A DNA stretch of 64,000 bases from Bdellovibrionota bacterium FG-1 (GTDB lineage: Bacteria; Bdellovibrionota; UBA1018), in contig JBBCAW010000013.1 of the NCBI GenBank assembly GCA_051382295.1, positions 32,001 to 96,000 of the forward strand, in the 5' to 3' direction. Both the position numbers and the translations under genes were made by a program. This document shows, in pieces, positions 46,603 to 58,327 of this stretch (its first letter is position 1; each line of letters begins with the position of its first letter). The notes under the pieces are model-generated. The model searched no databases. It was not told the origin of the DNA and saw nothing but the letters and a program-made list of their open reading frames with translations.

Positions 46603-48048
46603 ATGACCTCACGCACGACTCCACCGGCCACCACTCCTCAAGGTAAATTTGTTCAAGGCTTAGGCCTCATGGACGCCACCAATCTCGTCGCTGGCGCGAT
46701 GATCGGCTCCGGTATTTTTGTGGTCAGCCAGGATATCGCACGAACGGTGGGATCACCTGCCATGCTCCTCCTCGTTTGGCTAGTTACGGGCCTGATGACC
46801 TTGGCGGTCGCGCTTTCGTATGGCGAGTTGGCAGCCATGTATCCCAAAGCGGGCGGACAATACGTTTATTTACGTGAAGCTTATTCTCCGATGTGGGGTT
46901 TTCTGTATGGCTGGACTTCCTTTCTGGTCATCCAAACCGGCACGATCGCGGCAGTCGCGGTCGCCTTTGCCAAATATCTGGGAATCCTGATCCCAGCGAT
47001 TTCGACTCAAAACTGGCTCTGGCAAGCCGGCCATTTCAGCTTAGGCGATCACACCGTAACCGTCGGACTCAACACCGCCCAGCTCGTTGGCATTGTGATC
47101 ATTGCAATCCTGACGGCCAACAATTGTATCAACCTCAATGCGGGTAAATGGGTTCAAAACATCTTTACTGTGGCCAAAATCGCCGCACTCGTCGCTCTCA
47201 TCGCGGTCGGGATTTTCTGCATCAGGCCTGACGGAGCCTTACACGAAGTAGGTTTTTTCGAACGACGCACTGGTGGCGACTGGGGGACCATTCCACTTTT
47301 TGCCGCAATGTGGGTGGCGATGGTGGGCTCAATGTTCTCAGCTGACGCATGGAACAATATTACGTTTGTCGCAGGCGAGGTCCGCAATCCGCAACGCAAC
47401 CTCCCGCTCTCGCTCGCTTTTGGCGCGGGAGGCGTGGTGCTTCTCTATTTTTTGGTCAACGTCGGTTACTTGGGCGTACTTTCCTTTGACCAAATTGCGC
47501 ACGCACCAGAATCAAGAGTCGCGGCGGCGGCGATGGGGCAGATCGTTCCTTGGGGTGCGATCGCTATTTCGGTCGTGGTGATGGTTTCGACTTTTGGCTG
47601 CTTAAACGGAATCATTCTGGCCGGACCCCGACTTTATTGGGCCATGGCACGTGATGGACTTTTTTTTAAAGCCACCGGAGAACTCGGAACCCGAAGTGGC
47701 GTGCCTACCAAAGGCCTCATCCTTCAAGCATGTTGGGCCGTGCTATTGACCCTGTCAGGCACCTACGGTGATTTGCTGGATTACGTGATCTTTGCCGCAC
47801 TTTTGTTTTATGTTCTGACCGTCATCGGCGTTTTTGTGCTCCGTCGTAAAGCACCCAAGCTAGATCGGCCTTACCGCGCTTGGGGCTACCCGGTTGTTCC
47901 TACTTTATATATTGGATCAGCCAGCGTCATGATGATCATGTTGCTCATCTACAAACCCCTTTATACTTGGCCCGGGCTTGCCATCGTTGCCCTGGGAGTT
48001 CCGGCTTATGGAGTGTGGCTCAAAATCACTTCACCCAGTTCGCGTTGA
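46603..48048 (+). CDS. APC-family amino acid permease
   Basis: MIGSGIF, YGELAAMYPKAGGQYVYL, GEVRNPQRNLP, RPYRAWGYP; about 12 TM helices. Confidence 0.92.
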   Translation: MTSRTTPPATTPQGKFVQGLGLMDATNLVAGAMIGSGIFVVSQDIARTVGSPAMLLLVWLVTGLMTLAVALSYGELAAMYPKAGGQYVYLREAYSPMWGFLYGWTSFLVIQTGTIAAVAVAFAKYLGILIPAISTQNWLWQAGHFSLGDHTVTVGLNTAQLVGIVIIAILTANNCINLNAGKWVQNIFTVAKIAALVALIAVGIFCIRPDGALHEVGFFERRTGGDWGTIPLFAAMWVAMVGSMFSADAWNNITFVAGEVRNPQRNLPLSLAFGAGGVVLLYFLVNVGYLGVLSFDQIAHAPESRVAAAAMGQIVPWGAIAISVVVMVSTFGCLNGIILAGPRLYWAMARDGLFFKATGELGTRSGVPTKGLILQACWAVLLTLSGTYGDLLDYVIFAALLFYVLTVIGVFVLRRKAPKLDRPYRAWGYPVVPTLYIGSASVMMIMLLIYKPLYTWPGLAIVALGVPAYGVWLKITSPSSR

Positions 48049-49118
48049 AAGCGCGCTTTTGAAAACTCGGCCGCGCGACGACGACAGGCCCGTTCATCGA
48101 TCGTACAACAGCCAGATTCAAGCAGGGTGACGGCCTCCATTAATGCCTGCACTGTTTGAGGCCGAAAGAAAACTCCGGTTTGCTCGGTAACCGTCTCCGA
48201 AGCGCCCCCTTCGCCAAAAGCAATCACAGGAGCACCGCTGGCCATCGCTTCGAGGGGGGTAATCCCAAAATCCTCTTTGCCCGGAAAAATAAACGCACGA
48301 CAGGTGGAAAAAAGCTGCGCAATTTCATCATTTGAGAGCACGCCTCTCCATTCGATCGTGGGCCCTGCCATCGCACGAATCCGCACCTCGTCCTGCCCCG
48401 CACCTACAATGACCAGCGGGAGCTTGAGCTGATTGAATGCCTCAATGGCGAGATCCACTCGCTTGTACGGCGCAAAAGCCCCCACCATCACGTATTGGCA
48501 CCCTGGCGCGCGCGGGCTTGTAAAGCGCGACAAATCGGCAAACGGATAAATCACCCGAGCTCGCCGTCCATAGGCTGAAAATATCTGCTCGGCGATGTAA
48601 TGACTATTGGCCACGATTTCGTCGACCCGATCCGCCTGGCTCACGCGACGATCCCAGTTTTGCAAATAGGGCCGCACTGCGCGAGCGGCCAGCCTGACCG
48701 GGAGCGACGCTTTTTCGGGGCCGAAGTATTCGTCGTAGCGATCCCACATATAGCGCATGGGTGCGTGAACATAACTGATATGGACCGCCCCCGGCGGCTT
48801 GCGAATCCCCTTGGCCACACAGTGAGAACTCGAAACGACCAGGTCAAACCCCGTCAAATCAAAAGACTCGATCGCTCGAGGCATCAGCGGCAAAAAATGA
48901 CGATACCGATGTGCCACACCCGGAAAACGCTGCAAAAAACTAGTATGCTGCTGGAGGGCCGCAAGTCTGGGTGAAATCTTGTCCCGAAAACTGACCAGCG
49001 TGAAAAGCTCAGCCTGAGGAAACATCTCGGCGATGCCCTCAAGAACATACTCCCCCCCCCGCATTCCAGTCAGCCAATCATGAACTAACGCGACTTTTTT
49101 AAATTTCGGCGCATTCAC
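48006..49118 (-). CDS. Glycosyltransferase family 4 (WbaZ-like)
   Basis: VALVHDWLTGMRGGE, EDFGITPLEAMASG; GTGA overlap start. Confidence 0.9.
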   Translation of the reverse strand: MNAPKFKKVALVHDWLTGMRGGEYVLEGIAEMFPQAELFTLVSFRDKISPRLAALQQHTSFLQRFPGVAHRYRHFLPLMPRAIESFDLTGFDLVVSSSHCVAKGIRKPPGAVHISYVHAPMRYMWDRYDEYFGPEKASLPVRLAARAVRPYLQNWDRRVSQADRVDEIVANSHYIAEQIFSAYGRRARVIYPFADLSRFTSPRAPGCQYVMVGAFAPYKRVDLAIEAFNQLKLPLVIVGAGQDEVRIRAMAGPTIEWRGVLSNDEIAQLFSTCRAFIFPGKEDFGITPLEAMASGAPVIAFGEGGASETVTEQTGVFFRPQTVQALMEAVTLLESGCCTIDERACRRRAAEFSKARFQRELGEVILSHTP

Positions 49119-50122
49119 AGCTGGGTCCGAAAATAATCCAAACTCTCTTGAAGGCCAGTTTTCAAATCCACGCGGGGCTCCCAGCCCAAAAGCTTTTGGG
49201 CCCGCGAAATATTGGGACACCGACGTTTAGGATCGTCCTCTCGCGCCGGCACATAAGTCAATTTCGAAGCGGTTTTGGAAAGCTCGATCACGGTCTTGGC
49301 AAAGTCCAACACCGTTCGCTCGACCGGATTGCCGATGTTCACGGGATGAGTGACGGAACTTTCAAAAAGACGAATAATGCCATCGACTAAATCCGAGACA
49401 TAGCAAAAACTGCGGGTTTGTAGGCCATCTCCGTGAAGTGTCAACGGCTGCCCCTTCAAGGCCTGAACGCAAAACTCAGGCACGATTCGACCGTCATCGG
49501 CTCTCATCCGCGGACCATAGGTATTGAAAATCCTGACCATACCGCCATTCAAAGCTTTTCGAGGACTTCCATCAGGGTGCCGTCCTACTCCACGAATCGC
49601 GGTGCTGACATAGGCCTCAGCAAAACGCTTGGTTTCGTCGTAACAGGCCCGAGGGCCTAAGGTATTCACATTGCCCCAATAGTCTTCACTCTGAGGATGA
49701 ACAAGCGGGTCACCATAGATTTCGGAAGTCGATGCCAATAAATAGCGTGCTCCATGGCGAAGCGCGAGGTCAACCGTTTGAGCGGTTCCGATGGAATCGA
49801 CGGCAAGAATTTCGAATGGAATTCGATCAAAATCCACCGGACTGGCCGGACAGGCAAAATGAAAAACACCCTGAAGTCCGTATTGCTCAATGAACGGGAA
49901 AAGAGTGTCTGCCAGCGGCAAACACACGTCACGTTCCACGAGTTGGAATCGAGGATGAGTCAAGACCTGTGAGAGATTTTCGCGCCGTCCAGTGAGAAAG
50001 TTATCCACTCCTGTGACCGCATAGCCTTTGCTCAGCAGCGCGTCCGTCAAATGAGATCCAATAAACCCAGCGGCACCCGTAATAATGACATGTTTTGGCA
50101 TGATGAGACTTTTCATTACCAC
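49115..50122 (-). CDS. UDP-glucuronate decarboxylase-like extended SDR
   Basis: TGAAGFIGSHL, ACPASP, STSEIYGDP, YWGNVN, CYDETKR, QTRSFCYVSD. Confidence 0.9.
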   Translation of the reverse strand: MVMKSLIMPKHVIITGAAGFIGSHLTDALLSKGYAVTGVDNFLTGRRENLSQVLTHPRFQLVERDVCLPLADTLFPFIEQYGLQGVFHFACPASPVDFDRIPFEILAVDSIGTAQTVDLALRHGARYLLASTSEIYGDPLVHPQSEDYWGNVNTLGPRACYDETKRFAEAYVSTAIRGVGRHPDGSPRKALNGGMVRIFNTYGPRMRADDGRIVPEFCVQALKGQPLTLHGDGLQTRSFCYVSDLVDGIIRLFESSVTHPVNIGNPVERTVLDFAKTVIELSKTASKLTYVPAREDDPKRRCPNISRAQKLLGWEPRVDLKTGLQESLDYFRTQL

Positions 50123-50125
50123 AGC

Positions 50126-51223
50126 TCAGCCGACTGAGTCACGGTAGATCTGATCCATCTGAATTCCCAAATTCAGCACGCTATAACGGCGCATCAATTG
50201 CGCGCGACTTTCGCTTGAACTCGGCAAAACCTCGCCCGCGACGGTCCGTGCCAATGCCTTAGCCCAGGCCTCAATATCCATCGGGTCGACCCAAAGTACC
50301 TCGCCCTGAAGCAAATCAGCAAGCGCCTCGCGGTGGGGCGCTATTCGTGAAACCACCAAAGGAATGCCAAGACAAGCGGCCTCGATCGGGGGCAAACCAA
50401 AACCCTCATAAAGGGAGGGGAAAACCACCGCCCCTGCCCCCGCCATCAAGGCACGAGCCTCCTGATCTGGAAGGGCGCCTAGGCAGTGCACACCGGTGGA
50501 GTCACTGCCCTTCATTTCGCCGGGGCTGAGATTCAGCACCAACTCCCAACCCTGCGCGCCCGCGTGCCCGTTGCGATATTTTTCAAAGCCCGCAATGAGT
50601 GTTTTGAGATTTTTATGGGGCTTAGAATTTGAGAGACAGAAAAAATACCGTCTCCGCGAAAGGTTGAATTTTTTCAACACCGGATCAATCTCTTCCTGGT
50701 CAACCTTCTCTAAAAAGCAGGGATCCAACGCATTAGGAATGACTTGAATTTCGCGAGGTCCCAGCCACTGCAATAATTCTTTTTTCGAAAATTCCGAAAC
50801 GGTGGCGATTACTTTTGCCTTCAGTGCAAAGGGTTTCAGTACTCGTTCATAATAGGCCTTTTTTCCTCGACCGCCGAACTGAAGATGGTTGAGATCATGA
50901 ATGGTCACCATCCACGGACAAGGAACCCGGAGCAGCGCCGAAAATGTGGGACTATGATAAAAACGAGCCTCGAGCTTTCGAAGGAGCACCGGAATTTCGA
51001 TGAGTTCCCAGGGACTCAGAAACCCTGACCCAACCCTCACTGTTTCGAAACCCGTAAAGGTTGCCATGGGGGCCTGGCTACTGGTCAAAAACACAGGCGA
51101 GTAAGGCAAGGTCATTCCTCTTTCCACCTGCCTGAGCCCAGCCACCATCAGGGACACGTATCGCCCAAAACCGTGCGGAACTGCCCCCACCATTCGCGCA
51201 TCAATGACAATTCGGGGTTTCAC
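50126..51223 (-). CDS. Glycosyltransferase family 4
   Basis: IVIDAR, VTIHDL, PHKNL, FPSLYEGFGLPPIEA. Confidence 0.9.
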   Translation of the reverse strand: MKPRIVIDARMVGAVPHGFGRYVSLMVAGLRQVERGMTLPYSPVFLTSSQAPMATFTGFETVRVGSGFLSPWELIEIPVLLRKLEARFYHSPTFSALLRVPCPWMVTIHDLNHLQFGGRGKKAYYERVLKPFALKAKVIATVSEFSKKELLQWLGPREIQVIPNALDPCFLEKVDQEEIDPVLKKFNLSRRRYFFCLSNSKPHKNLKTLIAGFEKYRNGHAGAQGWELVLNLSPGEMKGSDSTGVHCLGALPDQEARALMAGAGAVVFPSLYEGFGLPPIEAACLGIPLVVSRIAPHREALADLLQGEVLWVDPMDIEAWAKALARTVAGEVLPSSSESRAQLMRRYSVLNLGIQMDQIYRDSVG

Positions 51224-52482
51224 GAAGAGACCTCCTCGCGGAGCTTTGAACTCTCGGCCCAAAGAAGGATCCAAGCCACTGACCACATCATTTGATGCAT
51301 GACCTTGCCCTCCCAAAAATTAACTTGGGTCAAACCGTTCAGATGAAAACCGATCCACGCAAAAAGCAAACCGGATGAAAACCCCACGGAATTTCGAGAG
51401 GACACCCCGATGATTCGAAACAATAATCCACACCAAAGCAGCCAGGCCAACGCACCCAAAATTCCGGTTCCACCCATCATATCGATCAAATTATTATGTG
51501 CATGCCCGGTAAAAACGGATCCGGCATTGGGCAAGGACTCCAAGTAATAGGATGAAGCCTCGATATTGCGGCGAAAGCCAGTGCCGGTCAAAGGGCGAAG
51601 CCTTAAGAATTCAAGATTGGCCTTCCAAAGCTTCTCACGGTCACCAATACCCATCACAGCGGTGGCGCGTTGTTGAATGGAAGGAAGCTGCGCGATTCCT
51701 CCACCCAAGGCCACTAAAAGAGCGGCGGCGATGACCGCTTGTTTGCGAGGAAGTGCGTGAATCACCCAAATGAGAAGCGCCAGAGGAAGGCTTAACCACA
51801 GCATTCGTGAATAAGTCAGAAACAAAGTCGCAAAACCAAGAACGAGGCTCAAAAGTAAAAACCAGACAGGAAAAAGCCCCTTCAGGCGGGCGGGCCGCAA
51901 ACGAGCGGTCCATTGCTGAGTCACCCAATCGAGCACGGCAAAGAACGGAAAAATGAAAATGCTCGCTACCGAAAGATGATGACCTAAAAAGAGCGTCGCG
52001 TGAAAATGGGTTTCATTTTTCGGAATCGGCTGAGACCTTGGCCAGCCGACAAAGTATTGAAAAATTCCGATAGCTGAAAGCACCGTAAAAGTGATGATCC
52101 AAGTTTTGAGAACGGTCGTCCGCTCGGCTTCATCCAAGCGACGCAGTCCAAGCACGAGCAAAATCGGCCAGGCAAAGTACCAGACCTTCGCCAAATCCCA
52201 CCATTCTGGCTGCACAAAATGCCCGCCCCAACCCACCGGCCAAAACACCGCGCCCAAAAGACTGAGCGCCAGAGCCGCTACGAGCAGACCCGAAGCCCCA
52301 CAAAATCGCCGTACCCAGAATCCGCGCGCCGTCTGAACGCTGGCCTGCCAAAGTCCGCGAGGGCCGCCACATTCCCAGACGAGGGCCGCAAAGAGGATCG
52401 CCGCGCCGATACTCATCACAGCCATCGATATCAAAGTCGATGCCGCATAAAGGGCAAAGGCGAAAGTCAGACCTTTCTTCAT
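51220..52482 (-). CDS. O-antigen ligase (WaaL/Wzy_C) family protein
   Basis: Multi-TM; LTYSR, R..LW, PLTGTG, HAHN...GTGILG. Confidence 0.85.
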   Translation of the reverse strand: MKKGLTFAFALYAASTLISMAVMSIGAAILFAALVWECGGPRGLWQASVQTARGFWVRRFCGASGLLVAALALSLLGAVFWPVGWGGHFVQPEWWDLAKVWYFAWPILLVLGLRRLDEAERTTVLKTWIITFTVLSAIGIFQYFVGWPRSQPIPKNETHFHATLFLGHHLSVASIFIFPFFAVLDWVTQQWTARLRPARLKGLFPVWFLLLSLVLGFATLFLTYSRMLWLSLPLALLIWVIHALPRKQAVIAAALLVALGGGIAQLPSIQQRATAVMGIGDREKLWKANLEFLRLRPLTGTGFRRNIEASSYYLESLPNAGSVFTGHAHNNLIDMMGGTGILGALAWLLWCGLLFRIIGVSSRNSVGFSSGLLFAWIGFHLNGLTQVNFWEGKVMHQMMWSVAWILLWAESSKLREEVSS

Positions 52483-52800
52483 GAGGAGACTATGCCTTTG
52501 GGTATTGCAACCGAACAAGGGTAAAAGCAAAGACCACTATCGCAGCGGCGGTAATTTTTGATAACTATCTGAATTTTATAACAAAAACGACAACCCAAAG
52601 CCCCGTTTTGGCCATCACCTGCCGAGCAAAAGCCCGAGCGCCCCGGTTACAATTCGGCATCGCGACATCACGTCAGGAAAGTATGAGTAGAGTATGGGTG
52701 AAATATCTTGGGTTCGAGCGAAGTCGCCAGTAATTTGACACGCTTTGAAAGTAAGAACACAAATTCAAAAATTTTCGATTTTATTCCGATCAGTTACCAG

Positions 52801-54151
52801 ATGGCGTTGCCAATATTTAAGACGCGGCAAAAAACTTGGCTTTTAGGCCTTTTCATTCTTGCTCTCAAAATTCTTGAAAGCGGGAGTAACTCTCTTTGCC
52901 AAGCCGCCCCCCCTGTCTTTCCACAGGGCCCCGAAGGCTTCCGAATCGGAATGGAAATGGAATTTCTTCCGGAATCCTTTGCGCTTCTCACCCCGTACTT
53001 TGACTTCGACCGACTTCAAAAAGAGCAAGGAAAAGAGATCACGGAATGGTTGCCCAATGCCTTTTGTGAGGACTACCTCAAAAATTCCCCTCAAGCTCTG
53101 GCCGACCTGCCTGCACCGCTTCGGGCCAAATTAACTCAAGGACTGCAGCTCGATTCCATCATCGTGCATGAAAAGCCTATACCTTTATCAACCGGATGCC
53201 TACGGAAAGGGGCTCATCGGTGTCATCAGCAATGATCGCATCGAAGCGAGAGCTCACCACTTAGCATTAAAAGAGGAATTAGAATTTAACATCAAAGCCC
53301 TCTCCCTTGATGAAGACAAAGCCCTTCAGATGATCGATTCTGAGATCAAACATCTCCTGTCGGACTACGTCGTAGACAAAATCGCCGAACTCAAGGTGAG
53401 TTATTTGGTCGACTTTGTCCCCCTCATGAACCACGAACAACTTCGGCGAATTGAGCCAAAGCTCGAACTACTCGACTACCTAAGTAAACTTTCCAGTGGA
53501 AAGGTGCCCAAAGACTTCTGGACCCGTGCTCCCGAATTAATGACCAACTCAGATTCGAGTGTTGGAGAAAAAATTTCTTATTTTTTAAAAAACCAAAACT
53601 CCTGGCCTAACGAATTTTGGGACCACATCCAAAAACTGCTCATGCACCCCAACCCCTCATTTCAAAAAATAGCCTGTTTAGCACTCCAGGGAAATGCGCC
53701 CTGGCCTGAAGAGATCTGGCGCCAAGTTCACGCACTCCTGAAAAGCCCTAATCAAAATTTGAGGAAAAATCTCATCGTTGCCATGAGGGGTCAGTCACAG
53801 CTGCCTGATTTCATTTGGAATGAGCTTCCAAATGTCATGACCTCCAAGCCAGAAGTTCAAGAAGCACTCCTCGTCTTGTTAAAAAAACATGCGCAATGGC
53901 CAGAGCCCGTGTGGGAAATTCTTCCGACTTTAATATCGAAGGCCGACCGCTGGGTCCTTCACTCGATCTTCACTGCCCTTCAAACCCAATCCCACGGCTC
54001 CGAGGATTTTCGGGCTAAATTTCTGTCATTAATGGCAAAACTCCCTGAGAAGACCCGAGACAAAATCCCCGAAAATCTCCGTCTTCAACTCCTGCAACAC
54101 CACGGAGGCTGCCTCTCCCAAGTCAACGCGCTTTTACCGCCGCTGCGATAG
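52801..54151 (+). pseudogene. Secreted protein split over two frames (52801-53235 and 53168-54151) with C-terminal ~33-aa HEAT-like repeats
   Basis: Signal-like N-terminus and FRIGMEMEF; overlapping second frame without a clear RBS; five WPxxxW-type repeats. Confidence 0.5.
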
Positions 54152-54997
54152 CACCGCCCCCTGCTTCAAAATCCCCACCCGCGCGAGCGCAAAATCATAC
54201 CGAACCGGATCCAGAGGATCATAAATTTTGAGGGCGGCTGTGACTTCCAAAGCCGCTAACCATCCCAAGCTCTTACGCTCGGTCAACCTGAGCTGCTGAC
54301 TGATTCGACCGGTATGAGTATCTAAAGGGATCACCAATTGCGAAGACCGCACAAAACGCCCCCCCGTAAAAGTGTGAGCCAGAGGCCCCCCCTCGGTCCA
54401 CAACCCTGGATCAATGCCATCTTTGCGCCCCATCCATCGTAACAACATGCACCAACGCTTGCAGCAACTCCCATCACGCGGCGCGGTTAGCAAATAGCCA
54501 AAGGAGCTAGCAGCCACTTGAGTGTCTAGTTTCACAGCCCATTTACGCCAATGATCCATCAAACTATCCAGTGCAACCGTAATATCCGAAGCGCCGGGTT
54601 CTAAACCCAACACAAACTGCGCCCCCAGCGATCCATGAGTGCGCCAGCTTTGTTCCAAAAGCCTGAACAAAAGCACCAAATCCTCGCCGCGATTAAATCG
54701 GTGAACAAAGCCGACAAACTCGCTCTTTGCATGCCGCACCCCAGCAGCAGTACCCAACCTCTTCACAAAGGCCGATGGAGAATCCGTCCCCATCCTGTTC
54801 AGAGCATCCTGCACCGAGCGTTTGATCTGTTTGACATTTCCATAGGCTAAAAGAGCCGCTAGAACCGCTACAGCCTCCTGATCCCAGGGATCTGAATAGT
54901 GATGAACAAACTCAAGTGGATCACTCGGAAGATAAGCTTCTCGGTGGAATTGTTCCTGAACGGAATTCAATAATTCAGGCAAGGACAGTCTCGGCAT
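54134..54997 (-). CDS. TIGR02757/DUF2400 family protein
   Basis: SDPLEF, LAYGNVKQI, KRWCMLLRWM, DPGLW, IPLDTH, DPVRYDFAL. Confidence 0.88.
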   Translation of the reverse strand: MPRLSLPELLNSVQEQFHREAYLPSDPLEFVHHYSDPWDQEAVAVLAALLAYGNVKQIKRSVQDALNRMGTDSPSAFVKRLGTAAGVRHAKSEFVGFVHRFNRGEDLVLLFRLLEQSWRTHGSLGAQFVLGLEPGASDITVALDSLMDHWRKWAVKLDTQVAASSFGYLLTAPRDGSCCKRWCMLLRWMGRKDGIDPGLWTEGGPLAHTFTGGRFVRSSQLVIPLDTHTGRISQQLRLTERKSLGWLAALEVTAALKIYDPLDPVRYDFALARVGILKQGAVLSQRR

Positions 54998-55105
54998 GGG
55001 TGCCTCATACCAAAATAAGCTCCACTTCGCCCAATTGCTTTACAAGGAATTCACTAGACTGGTAAACCCTCCCAAAGACCCCTTTCTGAGGAGACTCCCC
55101 GCGCT

Positions 55106-58100
55106 ATGAGAACCGACATTCGCAAGATCCTACTCATCGGCAGCGGCCCCATTGTCATCGGTCAAGCGTGCGAGTTCGACTACTCCGGCACGCAAGCACT
55201 CAAGGCTCTTAAAGAAGAGGGTTATCAAGTCGTTCTGGTCAACTCCAACCCCGCAACCATCATGACCGATCCGGAACTCTCGGACCGGGTTTACGTCGAA
55301 CCGCTGACTCCCGAATTTTTAGAACGAATCATCGCAAAAGAACGTCCCGATGCTCTGCTGCCCACGATGGGCGGCCAAACCGCGTTGAATCTAACGATGG
55401 CGCTCCACAAGTCAGGGGTCCTCGCCAAATACCATGTCGAACTTCTCGGCGCTTCGCCCGAAGCAATCCACAAGGCCGAAGACCGCGAAACCTTCAAGGC
55501 CACGATGTCTGCCATCGGCGTCGATAGCGCCAGGAGCGCAGTCGCGCGCAGCCTGGATGACGCTCGTCGCATCATCCAGGAACTTGGGCTTCCACTCATC
55601 CTACGTCCGTCTTTTACCCTGGGTGGCGAAGGCGGAGGGACCGCCCACACTGAAGAGGAGTTTTTAGAAAAAGTCGAACGAGCGCTTTTCCTTTCGCCCA
55701 CCGGCGATGTTTTAGTCGAGGAAAGCCTGATCGGCTGGAAGGAATTCGAACTCGAAGTCGTGCGCGATCGCAATGACAACGTCATCATTGTTTGCTCGAT
55801 CGAAAACTTTGACCCTATGGGAGTGCACACCGGAGACTCGATTACGGTTGCCCCCGCTCAAACACTCACCGATCGCGAGTACCAACATCTCCGGGACCTG
55901 TCGATCCGGATCATCCGCGCGATTGGCGTCGAAACCGGTGGCTCCAACATCCAGTTTGCGGTCAACCCCAAAGACGGCCGAGTCATCGTCATTGAAATGA
56001 ATCCGCGAGTCTCGCGCTCATCAGCACTCGCCTCAAAAGCCACCGGTTTTCCAATCGCACGAGTCGCAGCCAAGCTCGCCGTTGGTTACACGTTAGACCA
56101 ACTCACCAATGACATCACCGGCACCACCCCTTGTTCGTTCGAACCTTCGTTGGACTATGTGGTCACCAAAATTCCGCGCTTTGACTTTGAAAAATTTCGA
56201 CCCACTGAGCCTTTTTTGAGCACACAAATGAAGTCCGTCGGCGAAGTCATGGCCATTGGCCGCACTTTTGAAGAATCACTGGGCAAAGCCCTCGCGGGCC
56301 TTGAAACTGATTCGCCTTGGTTCATGCCCCTCGAAAAACAAAAAGGCCTTCCCCCGGCCCCAGCAGGCTGGATCAAGGGACCACGATGGGACTTAATCGA
56401 AAACCCACACTCACGACGAATTCTCGCCATCGGCGATGCCCTTCGCCAAGGAACCACTCCTGAAGAAATTGCCCGGCGTTCTCATATTGATCTTTGGTTT
56501 CTCCAAAGAATCGCGCTGCTCTTGGATGGTGAAAAGCTCCTAAAATCCCAACCCTGGCCGCTTCCGGCAAAAGAACTCCGGGGTCTCAAGGAGCGCGGGT
56601 GGACTGACCGGGGCATCTCGGGGGTCCTCGGGATTCCAGAGGATCAGATTCGGATCGCGCGCGAAAAATTAGACATTCACGCCGCCTTTCATTCGGTGGA
56701 TACTTGCGCCGCTGAATTTGAGGCAAAAACGCCCTATCTCTATAGTAGTTACCGGGGAAAAGACGAATCTAAAGTTTCCTCTCGCCCTAAGGTCATGATT
56801 TTGGGAGGGGGCCCCAATCGCATCGGACAGGGAATTGAATTCGACTACTGCTGCGTTCATGCCTCCATGGCCTTGCGCGCGATTGGATTCGAAACCATCA
56901 TGGTCAACTCAAACCCTGAAACGGTAAGCACGGATTTTGATATTTCCGATAAGCTTTATTTTGAGCCTCTCACTCCCGAACATGTCCTCAATATCGCACG
57001 AGTCGAAAAACCTCTCGGCGTGATCGTCCAGTTTGGCGGCCAAACCCCGCTAAAAATCGCCAAAGCGCTCGAGCAAGGTGGGCTCCGCGTTCTAGGCACT
57101 ACCACCGAAAGTATCGACCAAGCCGAAAATCGTGGCAAATGCGAAGAACTCGTTCGTTCCTTGCGACCTCTTGGTCTTGAACAACCGGATGCCGCGACTG
57201 CCTTTACCATTGACGAAGCCGTCGAGCGAGCCAATCAACTCGGTTATCCTGTTTTAGTGCGACCTTCTTATGTGCTCGGCGGAAAAGGCATGAAGATTGT
57301 CCACAGCGAGACTTCGCTCAGAGAATGGATCGAAGAAGCCATTCATGTCAGCGACACACACCCCGTCCTCATTGATCGCTTTTTAAATAAAGCCACCGAG
57401 GTCGACGTAGACGCCATCAGTGATGGCCACGAATGCTTTATCGGCGGTTTGATGGAGCATATCGAGGAAGCGGGAATTCACTCGGGCGACAGCGCCTGCT
57501 CACTTCCCGTCGCGACCCTTTCGGTGAGTATCTGTGATCGAATCCGGACCTACACGCGCGAACTCGCTAAACGCCTCAAAGTGGTTGGCCTCATGAACGC
57601 CCAGTTTGCGATTCAAGGGGACCGAATTTTCCTTTTAGAAGTGAACCCTCGTGCTTCGCGAACCGTGCCCTTCATCAGCAAAGCCGTAGGCAAGCCCCTG
57701 GCCAAAATCGCCGCGCAGGTCATGCTCGGCAAATCTTTGCAAGAACTCGGCATTCAAGAAGACCTTGACCTAGGCCTCACGACTTTTAACGTGAAAGCCC
57801 CGGTTTTTCCTTTCAATAAATTTCCAGGTGTTGATGTTCTCTTGGGACCCGAAATGAAATCCACCGGTGAAGTCATGGGGCGAGGGCGAACCTTTGCGGG
57901 CGCTTATGCAAAGGCGCTGGCGGCAGCAGGCATGACTTTGCCCTCAAGTGGAAATGCCTTTTTATCGATTCGCGACGAAGACAAGGCTGAAATTTTGATG
58001 ATCGCCCAAGGATTAAAAGACCTGGGCTTTGAACTTTGGGGCACACACGGCACGGCGTCGTTTCTGAATAGTTATGATTTGGGGTGCACGCCGATCAATA

Positions 58101-58327
58101 AAGTCCGAGATGGATCCCCCCATTGCGTCGATGCCATTCGCGAAGGCCGTTTTGCCCTAGTTATCAACACCACGTCCAACGAAGGCGCAATCAAGGACAG
58201 CTTCTCTATCCGACGGGCCGCGCTTGAACGGAAGGTACCTTATAGCACCGTGACTTCTTCAGCCCGCGCCATGCTCGAGGGCATCAAAGAGCTACGCAAA
58301 GGCCCCCTTGAGATCCTTCCGTTATGA
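55106..58327 (+). CDS. carB: Carbamoyl-phosphate synthase large subunit
   Basis: [18 protein letters not shown], duplicated ATP-grasp domains, [18 protein letters not shown]-terminal MGS-like domain. Confidence 0.98.
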   Translation: MRTDIRKILLIGSGPIVIGQACEFDYSGTQALKALKEEGYQVVLVNSNPATIMTDPELSDRVYVEPLTPEFLERIIAKERPDALLPTMGGQTALNLTMALHKSGVLAKYHVELLGASPEAIHKAEDRETFKATMSAIGVDSARSAVARSLDDARRIIQELGLPLILRPSFTLGGEGGGTAHTEEEFLEKVERALFLSPTGDVLVEESLIGWKEFELEVVRDRNDNVIIVCSIENFDPMGVHTGDSITVAPAQTLTDREYQHLRDLSIRIIRAIGVETGGSNIQFAVNPKDGRVIVIEMNPRVSRSSALASKATGFPIARVAAKLAVGYTLDQLTNDITGTTPCSFEPSLDYVVTKIPRFDFEKFRPTEPFLSTQMKSVGEVMAIGRTFEESLGKALAGLETDSPWFMPLEKQKGLPPAPAGWIKGPRWDLIENPHSRRILAIGDALRQGTTPEEIARRSHIDLWFLQRIALLLDGEKLLKSQPWPLPAKELRGLKERGWTDRGISGVLGIPEDQIRIAREKLDIHAAFHSVDTCAAEFEAKTPYLYSSYRGKDESKVSSRPKVMILGGGPNRIGQGIEFDYCCVHASMALRAIGFETIMVNSNPETVSTDFDISDKLYFEPLTPEHVLNIARVEKPLGVIVQFGGQTPLKIAKALEQGGLRVLGTTTESIDQAENRGKCEELVRSLRPLGLEQPDAATAFTIDEAVERANQLGYPVLVRPSYVLGGKGMKIVHSETSLREWIEEAIHVSDTHPVLIDRFLNKATEVDVDAISDGHECFIGGLMEHIEEAGIHSGDSACSLPVATLSVSICDRIRTYTRELAKRLKVVGLMNAQFAIQGDRIFLLEVNPRASRTVPFISKAVGKPLAKIAAQVMLGKSLQELGIQEDLDLGLTTFNVKAPVFPFNKFPGVDVLLGPEMKSTGEVMGRGRTFAGAYAKALAAAGMTLPSSGNAFLSIRDEDKAEILMIAQGLKDLGFELWGTHGTASFLNSYDLGCTPINKVRDGSPHCVDAIREGRFALVINTTSNEGAIKDSFSIRRAALERKVPYSTVTSSARAMLEGIKELRKGPLEILPL

